From the NCBI GenBank assembly GCA_004022145.1, contig RCNU01000001.1: a stretch of DNA of 64,000 nucleotides. One strand, 5' to 3'. Source of the DNA: Paecilomyces variotii (taxonomy: Eukaryota). Position numbers and translations under genes: made by a program. Below, in pieces: positions 52,351-63,361 of this stretch; the stretch's first letter is position 1, and each line of letters begins with the position of its first letter. The notes beneath the pieces are model-generated. The model worked only from the letters and a program-made list of their open reading frames with translations, made no database searches and had not been told where the DNA came from.

Positions 52351-52960
52351 TAGGACGAATACAGTGACACGTCTTCTAATGAAAGCCAGATAGCTTCTCC
52401 AGACTCCGAGCTGAAAGCCTTTCTTGAGAATTGCTCAGCGAGACTACGCACGATGAGCGCGGCTACCGCGCTGTGAAAGCTGTAAGCTGAAACAAGGATA
52501 GTCTGTTCCTCATAAATATACTAATAGGGCATTTGTAGCTCCCCATGATAGCAGCCTATTGGGTTTGCAGGGGTCGACTCTGCGTCAATGAGAATAACGC
52601 TACTACTCAATACAGCCACCAGAGAAGAGATAGAAGACATAATCTAGTCTTCCCACTTCTATTCTGTACTCTAGTCAAGCGAAACGCTGTAATAATTCAT
52701 AATGTAAGCAGACACAGTGTTGAAATTTTTGAAACGGACAAGATTAGTAGACCGTTGACGGCCTTTGGCTCGTATCTCGTATTATCATTTTCATTTGAGA
52801 AGACAGTAGTCAGTCATAGAGTCTTGTATATGATCTCAATTTGATCATAGAAAGTCTAGATACTTATATAAGTAGTCTATTGCAATGTGCCCTGCTATAG
52901 TGGCTATGTTGAGGATACTAATCCATGCCCTTAAATATCTAGACAAAGGTAGTATAAAGG
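52351..52960 (+). pseudogene. Degenerate coding-like relic with RIP-like (CpA to TpA) signature
   Basis: Frame 52588-52758 reads as a helical-looking peptide interrupted by five TAA/TAG codons and has no CAA/CAG codons. The flanking sequence is TA-rich. Origin not identifiable. Confidence 0.35.
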
Positions 52961-53491
52961 GACGAATAGAATGACAATGAGATTGTAGTTGACTTGACGT
53001 AGTCGATTCTTTGTCTCTATCTTTCTGTAAACAGGGCCTCTTTCATCTATGCCTTTAAATATCAAGTCTACTATGCATTGTTGCCTTCTGGTTTGAAAGA
53101 CATCATAATAGAAATCCTTTGACCTGAACTGGTCAAAAAGGAAATATCAATGGCGTATATGCAGCTCCTGGCTACGAGACGTATGGCTTACCTTGACCCC
53201 GCCACTTACCGTGTTTATATGGCGTCTGGCTGATTCAGGTCGACTGGATCAGGGAGCTCCGTCCTCGTAGTGAAAGTGAAGTCGAGGATGTTATTGACCT
53301 GGGGAGGCCGCCTGTTGATTTTGACCATCAATAACACAACAACACCTTCGTAGCTGGTTATTTTAACGCACACAACAGACTCTCTCCTCCTCTTCTCATT
53401 CCCCTCCACGTCTCGTCTTACTGCGTCTCGTCTAACTGCTACTTCATTTTCATCCATACCATACCTCCTGAGTACTCGAAACACCACCTAG

Positions 53492-55852
53492 ATGGAGAGC
53501 ACGAAGCGAATCAGAAGCCTCCTCAAGGAGGTCGAGAACAAGGACGAACAGATCGAGACTTTAAACCAAAAGATCCAGGAACAACACCACCTGGTGAGGT
53601 CTTTCGACCAAGAAATCGCCCTCTACCGCGAAGAGCGGCGAGGATGGGCCGAACAAGGAGAGGAGAGCCTCCTCAAATTGTCTCTTCGAGAACAAGTCGA
53701 AGAGCTCAAGAGGCGCCTCTCCAGAGCCATCCATATGGCCGACGTTGCAGAAACGCAGGCCATCGCGGCAAACACCACTGTGGAGCTCGAAAAAGCTCGC
53801 AGAGATGCGGCCAACGCCGAGTCCATCGAAATGGCTCGGGCAGAAGAGCAACAACAGAGAGCTCTGGCAATCGAGGCCGCAAAGTCTGCCGCAAAGGAGA
53901 CCACGGGGGAGGAAGATAGCAGCGAAAGTGAGGTATCGGATGCAGACGACGACGAGGCTCCGACCTATCAACCACCCACTTTCGCGCCGTCGACCTCATA
54001 CCAGCCTCCTAAGTACCAGCCATGGCGGCAGCAGTATCAAGCGCAGAGCACGCAGCAGACAACGGGTCTGCTGTACAAATCTCTCTCTGCAACTGTGCTG
54101 CCGGCCGCTGGTACGCCCACAACGGCGTCCGCTATCTCGCCATCCGCACCCAAGGTCTTTGATGGTTCGCTTCCCTCCTCTTCCCGTTCGCCGGTCTATA
54201 CTCCTTCTCCCTCTTGCAGCCAACAGCAGGTGCCGCATGGGCAAGCGGTCGAGGTCAGTTCGCTGCCTCGGCCGGCTTTGCCTGGTAAGCCGGACCTGGA
54301 GAGGCAGATCTGTGTGCCGCCGAAGGAGTATAGAGACAAGTGCATCGGAACGGAGAGTACCCCAGGGAAGGTCTATCAAGACAAGTCCGTCGGTACAGAA
54401 CCTGTCCAAGGGAAGGAGTACGCTGATAAGTGCGTGGGGACTGACTTTGACGTCCTCACAACCCCTATCCCGCAAGCTGGAGACGGGGAAGCCATGGGCA
54501 TCTCAGCCCAGGGGCCAATTCCCCTCCCCGACTCCATGGACTTGTACGACGACTCAACGATGGCAGATGCGTTGGAAAGCCTACCGACTCCGTCGGTTCT
54601 GCCACTCTCGGAGAGACCTGCCCCTCTTTATGAGGGACTACAGGCAATCTCCTGGCCTTGCCAGAGAGGAGGGCATGGGAGAGTGACGAAACGTCAACTC
54701 GTTCCGCAGCGCTCGAAGAACCCGCGCGATTTGGTTCGCATCACTTTGGATGCGACCAAGCGACGGGGCCTGGTCAGGGCAGTCTTCGAAGACGCCATCG
54801 TGTTGAGCGCTCTCCCAGTGACCCGGTTTGAACCTGGTTATGTTGCGTGTGATAGCCAAGTCCCGCAACAACAGCCATACACGGAGCCAGCGGTAGTATC
54901 CAACGAAGGGCCAGACTCCGAGTCTGGGATATCGACCGCACAGAACTGCCTGCCGACAATCCACCAGGCTGAACCAGAGACGCCTTGGGCCAATGCTGCT
55001 GGCAGCAACCCAGGTCTCGGAGTGTTAGCGCCTGCCGACAGTCCCTCAGGCAGTTCTGTCCCCGAAATCACTGCCGCGACGTATCAAGAGGTCGCTTGCC
55101 AAACGGAGGGACCCTCGATGAATTCCACTGGAGTTCAGACGGCGGGAAGTGTTATGACTTCCAGCCAGACCCAGACATTGGGGGCTTCCACGACCTCAAG
55201 TGGCACGCAGACGCCAGCGCGTTCCGTCGCTACTGCTGCCACTCAAACCCAGGAACGTCCAGTGATTTCGGCCGGTACCATGACTCAGTATTCCGTGGAG
55301 TCTCGCGCATGCCAGAGCGAGGAGCGCCCAGAGCCGCCGGAGATCCGCGTTAAGCGTCACATAATCGTCTCCGAGTTGGTCCAGTCGGCGAGCAATCGCA
55401 TCAGGCTGCAGACCGGCCTGGGTGCGAGAAACGGGCGTCTTCGGTTCTTGACACCGGCCCCGTTGCTCAAGGGAAATAAGGAGCGTCCTGCTGCTCTCCA
55501 GCAGGGACAATTGCCAGGCCGCCAACCGATCCCTGCTGTCAAGAAAGTCGACCGATCCTCGCGCCAAAACCGCCAAGCTCAAACGGATACAGACAAGCTT
55601 TCTGGCGAGAAACGCCAGCAAGTGTCCGAGCTCGACGGCTGCAGGGACCGGCGATGGAATCGGCAGTGGATCTTCCTGGCCCTCCTTGTTCTCTTCCTCG
55701 TCCTCTGGATCGCCAACCTCGAGGTTGAGGCCCAGGACTGCCGTTTGTGGTTCGAAGCTAACGACGTGGCCCGCCGGGCGGTTATCGCACGTCGACGGAA
55801 TGTCACTCCGCAGCCGCTGTGGACGTTCGCCCCCGAGCATACTTTTTTCTAG
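53492..55852 (+). CDS. Hypothetical 786-aa protein: N-terminal coiled coil, disordered middle with TQT-like repeats, C-terminal TM helix
   Basis: Long intronless ATG ORF with a CT-rich leader. E/Q/R/A-rich heptad region (aa ~1-135). TM segment WIFLALLVLFLVLWIANL (55667-55720) followed by a 43-aa tail. Confidence 0.85.
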   Translation: MESTKRIRSLLKEVENKDEQIETLNQKIQEQHHLVRSFDQEIALYREERRGWAEQGEESLLKLSLREQVEELKRRLSRAIHMADVAETQAIAANTTVELEKARRDAANAESIEMARAEEQQQRALAIEAAKSAAKETTGEEDSSESEVSDADDDEAPTYQPPTFAPSTSYQPPKYQPWRQQYQAQSTQQTTGLLYKSLSATVLPAAGTPTTASAISPSAPKVFDGSLPSSSRSPVYTPSPSCSQQQVPHGQAVEVSSLPRPALPGKPDLERQICVPPKEYRDKCIGTESTPGKVYQDKSVGTEPVQGKEYADKCVGTDFDVLTTPIPQAGDGEAMGISAQGPIPLPDSMDLYDDSTMADALESLPTPSVLPLSERPAPLYEGLQAISWPCQRGGHGRVTKRQLVPQRSKNPRDLVRITLDATKRRGLVRAVFEDAIVLSALPVTRFEPGYVACDSQVPQQQPYTEPAVVSNEGPDSESGISTAQNCLPTIHQAEPETPWANAAGSNPGLGVLAPADSPSGSSVPEITAATYQEVACQTEGPSMNSTGVQTAGSVMTSSQTQTLGASTTSSGTQTPARSVATAATQTQERPVISAGTMTQYSVESRACQSEERPEPPEIRVKRHIIVSELVQSASNRIRLQTGLGARNGRLRFLTPAPLLKGNKERPAALQQGQLPGRQPIPAVKKVDRSSRQNRQAQTDTDKLSGEKRQQVSELDGCRDRRWNRQWIFLALLVLFLVLWIANLEVEAQDCRLWFEANDVARRAVIARRRNVTPQPLWTFAPEHTFF
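54323..54445 (+). repeat. Three 15-aa (45-nt) coding repeats K-x-Y-x-D-K-[CS]-[IV]-G-T-[ED]
   Basis: KEYRDKCIGTESTPG / KVYQDKSVGTEPVQG / KEYADKCVGTD. Confidence 0.9.
55079..55321 (+). repeat. Seven ~12-aa (36-nt) degenerate coding repeats centred on xQT/TMT/CQS
   Basis: TYQEVACQTEGP / SMNSTGVQTAGS / VMTSSQTQTLGA / STTSSGTQTPAR / SVATAATQTQER / PVISAGTMTQY / SVESRACQSE. Confidence 0.85.
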
Positions 55853-56782
55853 ATGGGCTTGGAGAGTGTGGGGGAAGGGGACATTCAATATACGCTCGCA
55901 TGCCGTGGTGAGATGGCCTCTGCGAACTACAGTACGGAGTACTCTATGGAGTAGTTACATACACTTATGGTACAAATCCTAATACAACAATACGCTTTCT
56001 CGACTGATCTTGTCTGGCCACGTCGAACGGCATGTTCTCCGGTCATTATACGACGACCTGGCTAGGACTGTCTGTGTTTGGCACTGTTTGCTGTTTTGCT
56101 TTGCGGGAGATCGGCGCCGGGGCGTTTGAGGACTGTTCTTTGTTAACAATAATCTTCTTCTGTCTGTTTCTTTGTCCCCTTTCGTCTGTGCGGACAGTCG
56201 TCATGACTTCTGTCCCCGGCGACCAGTAACAGGGTCTCTGTATGTACATATGTCTCCTTTTTGCTACGCGCCTATGGGTTTGATTCGCGGGCAGCCATAC
56301 GTCCTCCGCATCTCCAGCGCGAAGGTTGTACTGGGCTTGCGTAATCCCCATGGCCGGGAAATAATCTAAAGCCTAGCTAGCGTCTGATGGAGAAGGAAAC
56401 GAATCGCGATGGTTGGCCTGGTTTAATGGCTCATATCTACTCTCGAGTATTTTTATTACCCTCCCATACATAGATAGAGCCAGCGTGGATGCCTGAATGC
56501 GAGGATATTTATATACTTTCTGCCTGAGGTGTCCAATACCGCCACACTAACCCCATACAGCTTAGCGGCTGCGTCACCCGACTCCGCCTCCGTCCGCCTT
56601 CCATCTTTATCGTTCAGCCTAGAAGGACTTCGCGAGATCAATCAATCAATCAATCATCAACCTGTTTCATCTGCGCCTATCCCTCGTTCATCAACTCTCA
56701 TCTCGCTGTTTCTCTATCTTGACTGTTGTCCTGTGATCTTTGGTACGGCATATGTCGCTCCCGATCTAAGCAGTTCAACACC

Positions 56783-57979
56783 ATGATTATCGCCTCGCTT
56801 CTCGCCGCAGGCGCCCTGTCCCTCCGTGCTGCCGCCTTCCTGGTGGTGCCCGAGTTCGACACCGTCTCTGCGCCGTTTCCCAAGGCAGTCAACCCGCACG
56901 GTTTGGCACAGGTGTCTCTCAAGTGCACTGAGTGCCCATTTCCTGAGAGTGATGCTGATGGAAAGGTGTCTTGGACGGAGGGATTGGATACGGCTCTGGT
57001 GAGTTAACCCGGGCGCCAGGCAGGAGACTGTATGCTAGTCAGGAGACTGTATGCTGACTGTGGGATATAGGATCTCAACATCTCCATCGAAAATGAAAAC
57101 ACTCTTGTGATCAACGGCAACCAGGTCTTCCCGCCACCCCCGCCTCCCTTGAGCATTGATGCAGTCCAGCGAAACATCGCTGATGGCCGAGAGAGCGATC
57201 CCATTCCTCTGGGATTCGCCCTTGAAGTCGAGCCTCTGGTGGCCCCCATGGATGAGCCAGGCCCCGAGCTGCTTTCCCTTCGCTTCACCGTCCTTGACCT
57301 TGCTGGCCATCCCGTGCCGCTGAACACGGTGATTATCGCGCTCATCAAGGATGAATCTGGAGCACTCTACATTGCGAAGACCGACGTTGAGGCAACGAAG
57401 ACGGACATTGTTTCCTGGAGACAATGCCGTGGTAAGCCCAAGTGTCTGCAGACGTTGCTCTTCTCTCGCGTCCGCGCCCTGGTGGAATCAGCAAAGGCCC
57501 GCATGATGAGAGCCAAAGCCAGGCTGATGGGCTCCAAGGGCTGCCACGGCGGTCCTCGTTTCCCGATGGAAGCTTCCCGCCCCCCTCGTCCATTCTTCGA
57601 CGAGGAGCCTCCGTTTTCCCGTCACGGCGGCCCGCCTCACCGTCGTCCTGGCCATGGTGGTCGCCATCACTTCCACCACATGCACCGTAGCGGTTGGGAA
57701 CGCACTTTCTCTCGCGTATTCCGCTTCATTCTTGTCCCTGCTGTCCTGGGTGTTCTTGCAGGTCTGGTGGCTAGCGCACTCGGCATGCTGGTCGGTCAGG
57801 TCGTTGTCTTCCTGTGGCTCCGCTACCGCCGCTCTACCACGGACAGGTCCGTGTCTGCAGTGGAGGAGGGCAACGATATGGAGAAGGAGGCTCTTATTGC
57901 TGAGCCCGCGGATGATTTTCCTCCAGAGTATGACGACGAGAAACACGGGGCTATTGTGCTCCCTGCTGAAAAGCAGTAG
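56783..57979 (+). CDS. Conserved hypothetical type I membrane protein with His/Pro-rich juxtamembrane region
   Basis: Exons 56783-56998 and 57071-57979. Signal peptide MIIASLLAAGALSLRAAA, CTECPF, long TM segment ILVPAVLGVLAGLVASALGMLVGQVVVFLW, cytosolic PPEY. Confidence 0.85.
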
Positions 57980-58683
57980 ACATCTGGCACGTAAAAAAGG
58001 AAAAACTGGGGTTCCGTCCACCCACAATGGTTACTGGTCAACCAATACTGTGGATATGGTAGAATGATATGCATTTCGGTGGGAAATTGGATGGAACGGT
58101 TTTATGGCAACCCTTACTGTGACTTTTGATGTGGGCACGACGCCTTCTTTCCTTTAGTGTCTTTTTTTTCATTTCTTTATCTCTTCATATCTTCATTTCT
58201 TTTCCTGTCGTAGTTAGGCGTAAAACTACCAATTTTCTGTACAATATCCAGATCCGTGTCTCCGTATTATTATGCAGCATTGTAGTGTATTCCTCTTGTC
58301 GATCATCGTGGGCTTCGTCAGGTCAGATAAGACCCCACGTGACCGCAGCCTCCTCTCTGGAGATCCGCTGCTCGCGTCGGATATTATACAACGTAGTTCG
58401 ACGTCCATCCCCTCGCAGCTTGCTTCTGTCCTTCGTGGGCTGCTTTGGCTCGTAATGAAGCGAGCGATCCGTTGAATATCTATCTCCCCTTCCCCTACAA
58501 TGACTGTCGAGCATTGGAGTCCCCTATACTGCCAGTCGTGGGCGTGTTGATACCTCGCCCGTCTTTGAACCACCCGAGCTCCAGACTCCGGCGCTTACCC
58601 CTTGTCTCTGCGCAATCGCGGAGGGCCCGATATCACTTTACGGGACATCATTCTCACCTTGCAGCTATCCTCTAGACCCCTGA

Positions 58684-61600
58684 ATGATGTTCCAGTTTTC
58701 ATCCTTTGTCCAAAAGGCGCAGTCCCTTATCGATCCGGCCAACTTCAACCTTCCGGCGATAACATCATCGGACCGCGGTCCGTCCAAGGCGTCCCTCTTC
58801 CGCCAGCAATTCTGTCTCCCAGACTCGCAGAACCCATTGCAGGAGATCACGGCCGAATTGATTCTCCCAGTCCCGCATACTTCGTCTTCGGCCGGTGGAT
58901 CAGCGGATCGTCATAAAGAGGGCAACCGGTACACGGGACGACTCCACCTGAGTGAGCGGTATCTATGCTTTTCAACACAGCCAACTAGCTTCCTCCCATC
59001 GGCTAGCTTGAGTGCTTCAACTAGTTTCACCGGCCAGACACATGGGACAGGTCCGTCGGGTAATGGATTTACTCTTCCGCTCTGTGCCATTCGCCGTGTC
59101 GAGCGGCTCAACAGTCTCAGTCATGTCTTCTCCCTGGCGTTGACGACATGGAACGGTGCCCTGACGAAACCTGCATCACAGACGGCTAATGATCCCTCGT
59201 TTGTGCCGCAACGGTTCACCGTCCAACTAGTCGGGAGCAGGCAGGCCTGCGAGCGGTTCTGTGACGGTCTCAAGAAAGGGTTGCGAGAAGGAATGAGGGA
59301 TATTGATAACTTGAGGACCGTATGTGGCGATTGTTACTCGGAATATTTACTCTCTGGAAGCAAGAATAAGGGACAGGAGGAAGATGCACCGGCTCGGCAA
59401 CCCCCTGATGCCGGGCTGGGTATGGTTTTCCGGTATCCTGGAGACGCTCGCAAGCTCAGGGACCGCAGCAAGATGAGACTCTGGGGAGAATATTTCAGAG
59501 GTGCGTGCACGCAATAGCTCACCGACTATTGTCGCGGTACTGATTAAGATCTGGCTATGTAGAAAACGGCCGCAATGTTACGCTCATTCGGCAACCGACC
59601 TTCCACAAGCTTATCAGGGTTGGACTTCCGAACCGCCTCCGTGGAGAGATCTGGGAACTTACTTCGGGCTCTATCTACGTCCGTTTGGGGTCTCCCAAGC
59701 TGTACGAAGAAACTTTGGCCAAGTTTTCCGGTAGAGAGTCTCTCGCTATCGATGAGATCGAAAAGGACCTCAATCGAAGTCTTCCAGAATACCCTGGCTT
59801 CCAGAGTGAAGAAGGAATTGGGCGGTTGCGGAGAGTGTTGACAGCTTATAGTTGGACCAATGAGCAAATCGGTTACTGCCAGGCCATGAACATTGTTGTC
59901 GCTGCCTTGCTGATGTATGTCTTTTCGATACCCGTACGTTTCTGATATACTGATTGTACCAGATACATGTCCGAGCCGCAGGCTTTCTTTCTGCTATCTG
60001 TGCTCTGTGATCGTATTCTGCCGGGTTATTACTCGACGACTATGTATGGCACACTGCTTGATCAGAAAGTCTTCGAATCGCTTGTCGAGAAGACCATGCC
60101 CGTTCTATGGGAGCACCTGGTGAAGTCTGACGTGCAACTTTCTGTCGTTTCCCTGCCGTGGTTCCTTTCTTTGTATATCAACTCCATGCCACTGGTCTTC
60201 GCTTTCCGTGTCCTGGACGTATTCTTCCTTGAGGGCCCCAAGGTTCTTTTCCAGGTTGGACTGGCCATTCTGCGAATTAACGGGGAAGAGCTTCTGGACG
60301 TGCAGGATGATGGCTCTTTCATCTCCGTCTTGAAGTCGTACTTTTCCAGACTGGACGAGTCGGCACATCCACGATCAGAGAACCCGAAATTGAGAGCCAT
60401 CACGCGGTTCCAGGAACTTATGGTTGTTGCTTTCAAGGAGTTTTCTGGCATCACGCATAGTACGATAACGGAGCAACGGGCCAAACACAAGGATGCCGTC
60501 TTGGACAATATTGAGAGTTTCGCCAAGCGGACTTCAATCCGCAACCTGGGACCTGACAGTAAACGCCTCAGCATGGATGATCTCGGCGCCATTTACGACC
60601 GTTTCTATGCGATATTGTATGAGCGTGAACAGCGGCAGAAGCTTATTGATGAAGAAAAGAAACGAACAGAAAAGAAGAAGGTTGGGAGATTCTCCATCCT
60701 TGGACCCCCCGTGGATGCTGAAGTGGGCCGAGTTGGCCTTGGTCCTAGTCCTACCCACATGGACTATGAAGCTTTCAGGGAATTCCTAGCAGCTACGGCG
60801 AAATGGGCTGTGGCAGACTCCCCAAACCGCTCGCGCAAGGGCTCTACTTCTGAGAAAGAAGGAAATGGATACAGTTCGTCAAGTACCAGGAGCTATAAAT
60901 CTTCCAGTCGCGGATCGAATGTCCAGCCAGCGGACCATGAGTTTATGCAGAGACTGTTCCGCAAATGGGACACCGATAACACCCAAGGTTTGAGCCTGCA
61001 GAACGTCGTCAATGGGTTGGCGCGCATCAAAGGCACGCGCGATATTATGAACACCATCAACTACTTTTTCGATCTCTATGATGACCAGGGCAACGGTCAA
61101 GTCGACAGAGAAGGCATTCTCCGAATGTCTGAGGCTCTGCTTTTCCTATCGCGACGAGGCTTTGAGGGCACAGTGACCCCTAGTCAGTCGCTTGAAGATC
61201 TTAATGATCCTACCAAAGTCAAGCTCAGTACAGACGAGAGGTTCTTAGGGAGCATCAGCTCGTTTATCCGCCGCTGCTTTGAGTACGCCGATCCGAGTCA
61301 CCCGCAGAACCAGCAGAACCCCAGTGATGCTGCCGACGAGGCTACAGCTAAGCTGGATTCGTTCGCTATTGGGGATGATGATGAGGACGAGGAAGACTTG
61401 CTCGAGCTCAACGAAAAACCAAGTGCAGCCGAAACGGATGGCTCAACACAAAAGCCGATCGAAACAGAGAAATCCTCCCGAGAAGTGTCGGAATCTGCCA
61501 ACCCTGCCCTCGATCCGAACAACCCCCTACACATCACGCTCCCGACTTTCCGCATGGTGATTCTCGCTGATGAGCTCCTTGAACAATTTTTCGAATCCTT

Positions 61601-62243
61601 CTTCCCTCAGTCATTCCACCTCTCCAATAACCCCAACCCAGCCTCACTGTCAACGTCGGGTTCGCTCTCTTCCAACCTGACCACCTTCAGTAACATTGGT
61701 ACGAAGACCTCAGGGCTCACTGCTGCATCGAGTGCAACCGTCGCGGGTCCCTCTGGAGGCATAGTGCCTCCCGGAAAGGGTCTGCGTGGTGTCCTGGACA
61801 ACATCGTCTCGGACGGAATGCGTATGGCAGCAGAAGTCAAGAAGAAGATGGACGAAGCACAGCGTGATTTGGAGCGTAACGCACTACGCCGTGACGATGA
61901 AGATGATGATGACGAAGACGAGGACGACGATGGCCACCCCGGTATTCCTTCGAGATCCTCATCCGCTTCGGCCGCTCTGGTAGGTGGCATGCCTAGCTGG
62001 GGCGCAGGCGCGTACCTCGGCGACGCGGAACGTCGCAGCGTTAGAGAAAAGGATCGTGATCTCCTCGAGGGCGCAGAAGTCATCAGCGTCAGAGGCACAT
62101 CCATGCTCGATGGAAAAGAGGGAGGACAGGCCTCATCATCTCTACCCGAAGGACATGATGCAAGCCCGCCTACCAGCAGCTCATCGAAAACCCCCACTAC
62201 AAACGAAAGCGTAGTGAGCAAAGTCGTCGAGTTCGACTCGTGA
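58684..62243 (+). CDS. GYP2: TBC-domain Rab GTPase-activating protein Gyp2/Mdr1 (GRAM-like, TBC and EF-hand regions)
   Basis: Exons 58684-59500, 59563-59914, 59963-62243. Motifs [22 protein letters not shown] and EF-hand-like [13 protein letters not shown]. Confidence 0.93.
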
Positions 62244-62283
62244 TGAAACACGCAACCACCCCCTGCCCGGTTTCCTCATTGTA

Positions 62284-62335
62284 CCATCCATCCATCAATC
62301 CATCCTACCATCCACATCCATCCATCCATCCCATC
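62284..62335. repeat. Imperfect (CCAT)n microsatellite in the GYP2 3' UTR
   Basis: ccatccatccatcaatccatcc..catccatccatccatcccatc read directly. Confidence 0.8.
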
Positions 62336-63361
62336 TGTTCTCTCTTTACAATAATACTCCCTCTATTCCCTTTGTCAGGTCAAGGATCCGGTCGGTCAGC
62401 GTTTCCCGGTTTGGCTTTTATATCTTTCCATGTTGTGAGGTAGATCAAGGTCAGGCTTAGCTATGTTAGGTAGAGGTCAACTAGTGAAAGGAACCTCTTT
62501 TTATTTTCGTATCGTCATATTATAGTCTCTCTCTTCTATCTCTCTCTTTGTCCTATATTCGATGTAAATCTTTAAGCTGCATAAATCCCGTGTTAGTCAG
62601 TCATCTATTAATAAGGACGCTGGACTCAATCGCCTAAGACAAAAAAAAAAAAAAAAAAAACAAAAAACAATAGACGCCTGTGGAAGAGATCTGATATCAT
62701 CGGATAGTTAACCCTTCGTTTCTCCAATCCTGGACACAAGAAGCTAACGCGGAAGAAGCTACTCCTCTACTTACCCAACGCAATGTACATACATACATAC
62801 TAGAAGGAGAATCCTAGTTTAGGTAGTGATACCAGCCACTGATAGTCTAAAAGAGAATCATCGCTCTGCTATCTTTTTTCTTTTTTTGGAAGAAGTTGAG
62901 AATGATTATATGAGATCGATAATTGAGCCTTAGACAACACAAAAAGGGGGATATTAGAAAGATAAAAGAAGATGGACAATGGAAGTTTCAGAGCAGAAGT
63001 GGTAAGTAGTAATATTGATGGTATCACTTTGAAACGAAAAACAAAAAAGCGGGGGCGAAGCAAGAGTCAGAATATGAAGAGTATGTAAAGGTAGATAGAT
63101 AGGTACGCGCCAGACTAGGAAAACGTAAGGGAAAGAGAGAATCAAAGGGAAGTCTGGGGTATAATAATGTGGTCCAAACAAAAGCCAAAAGAAATAGCGC
63201 CCAGTCGGCAAGATAGGGAAGAAAGGTCGTAGAAGAACGATAGACAACTTTTTTTGCCAGATGCAAAGAGACTCGAAACAACGAGCCTTTCATTTTCTTT
63301 TTTTATCATCCAAACATGGCCAGAATCTCCCAACGCAGATATAGTAACATCGAGAAGGAAT

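Noticed and set aside
53561-55888. Several 90-313-aa alternative-frame and antisense ORFs
   Set aside because: All overlap the 786-aa ORF in GC-rich sequence and lack independent coding features.
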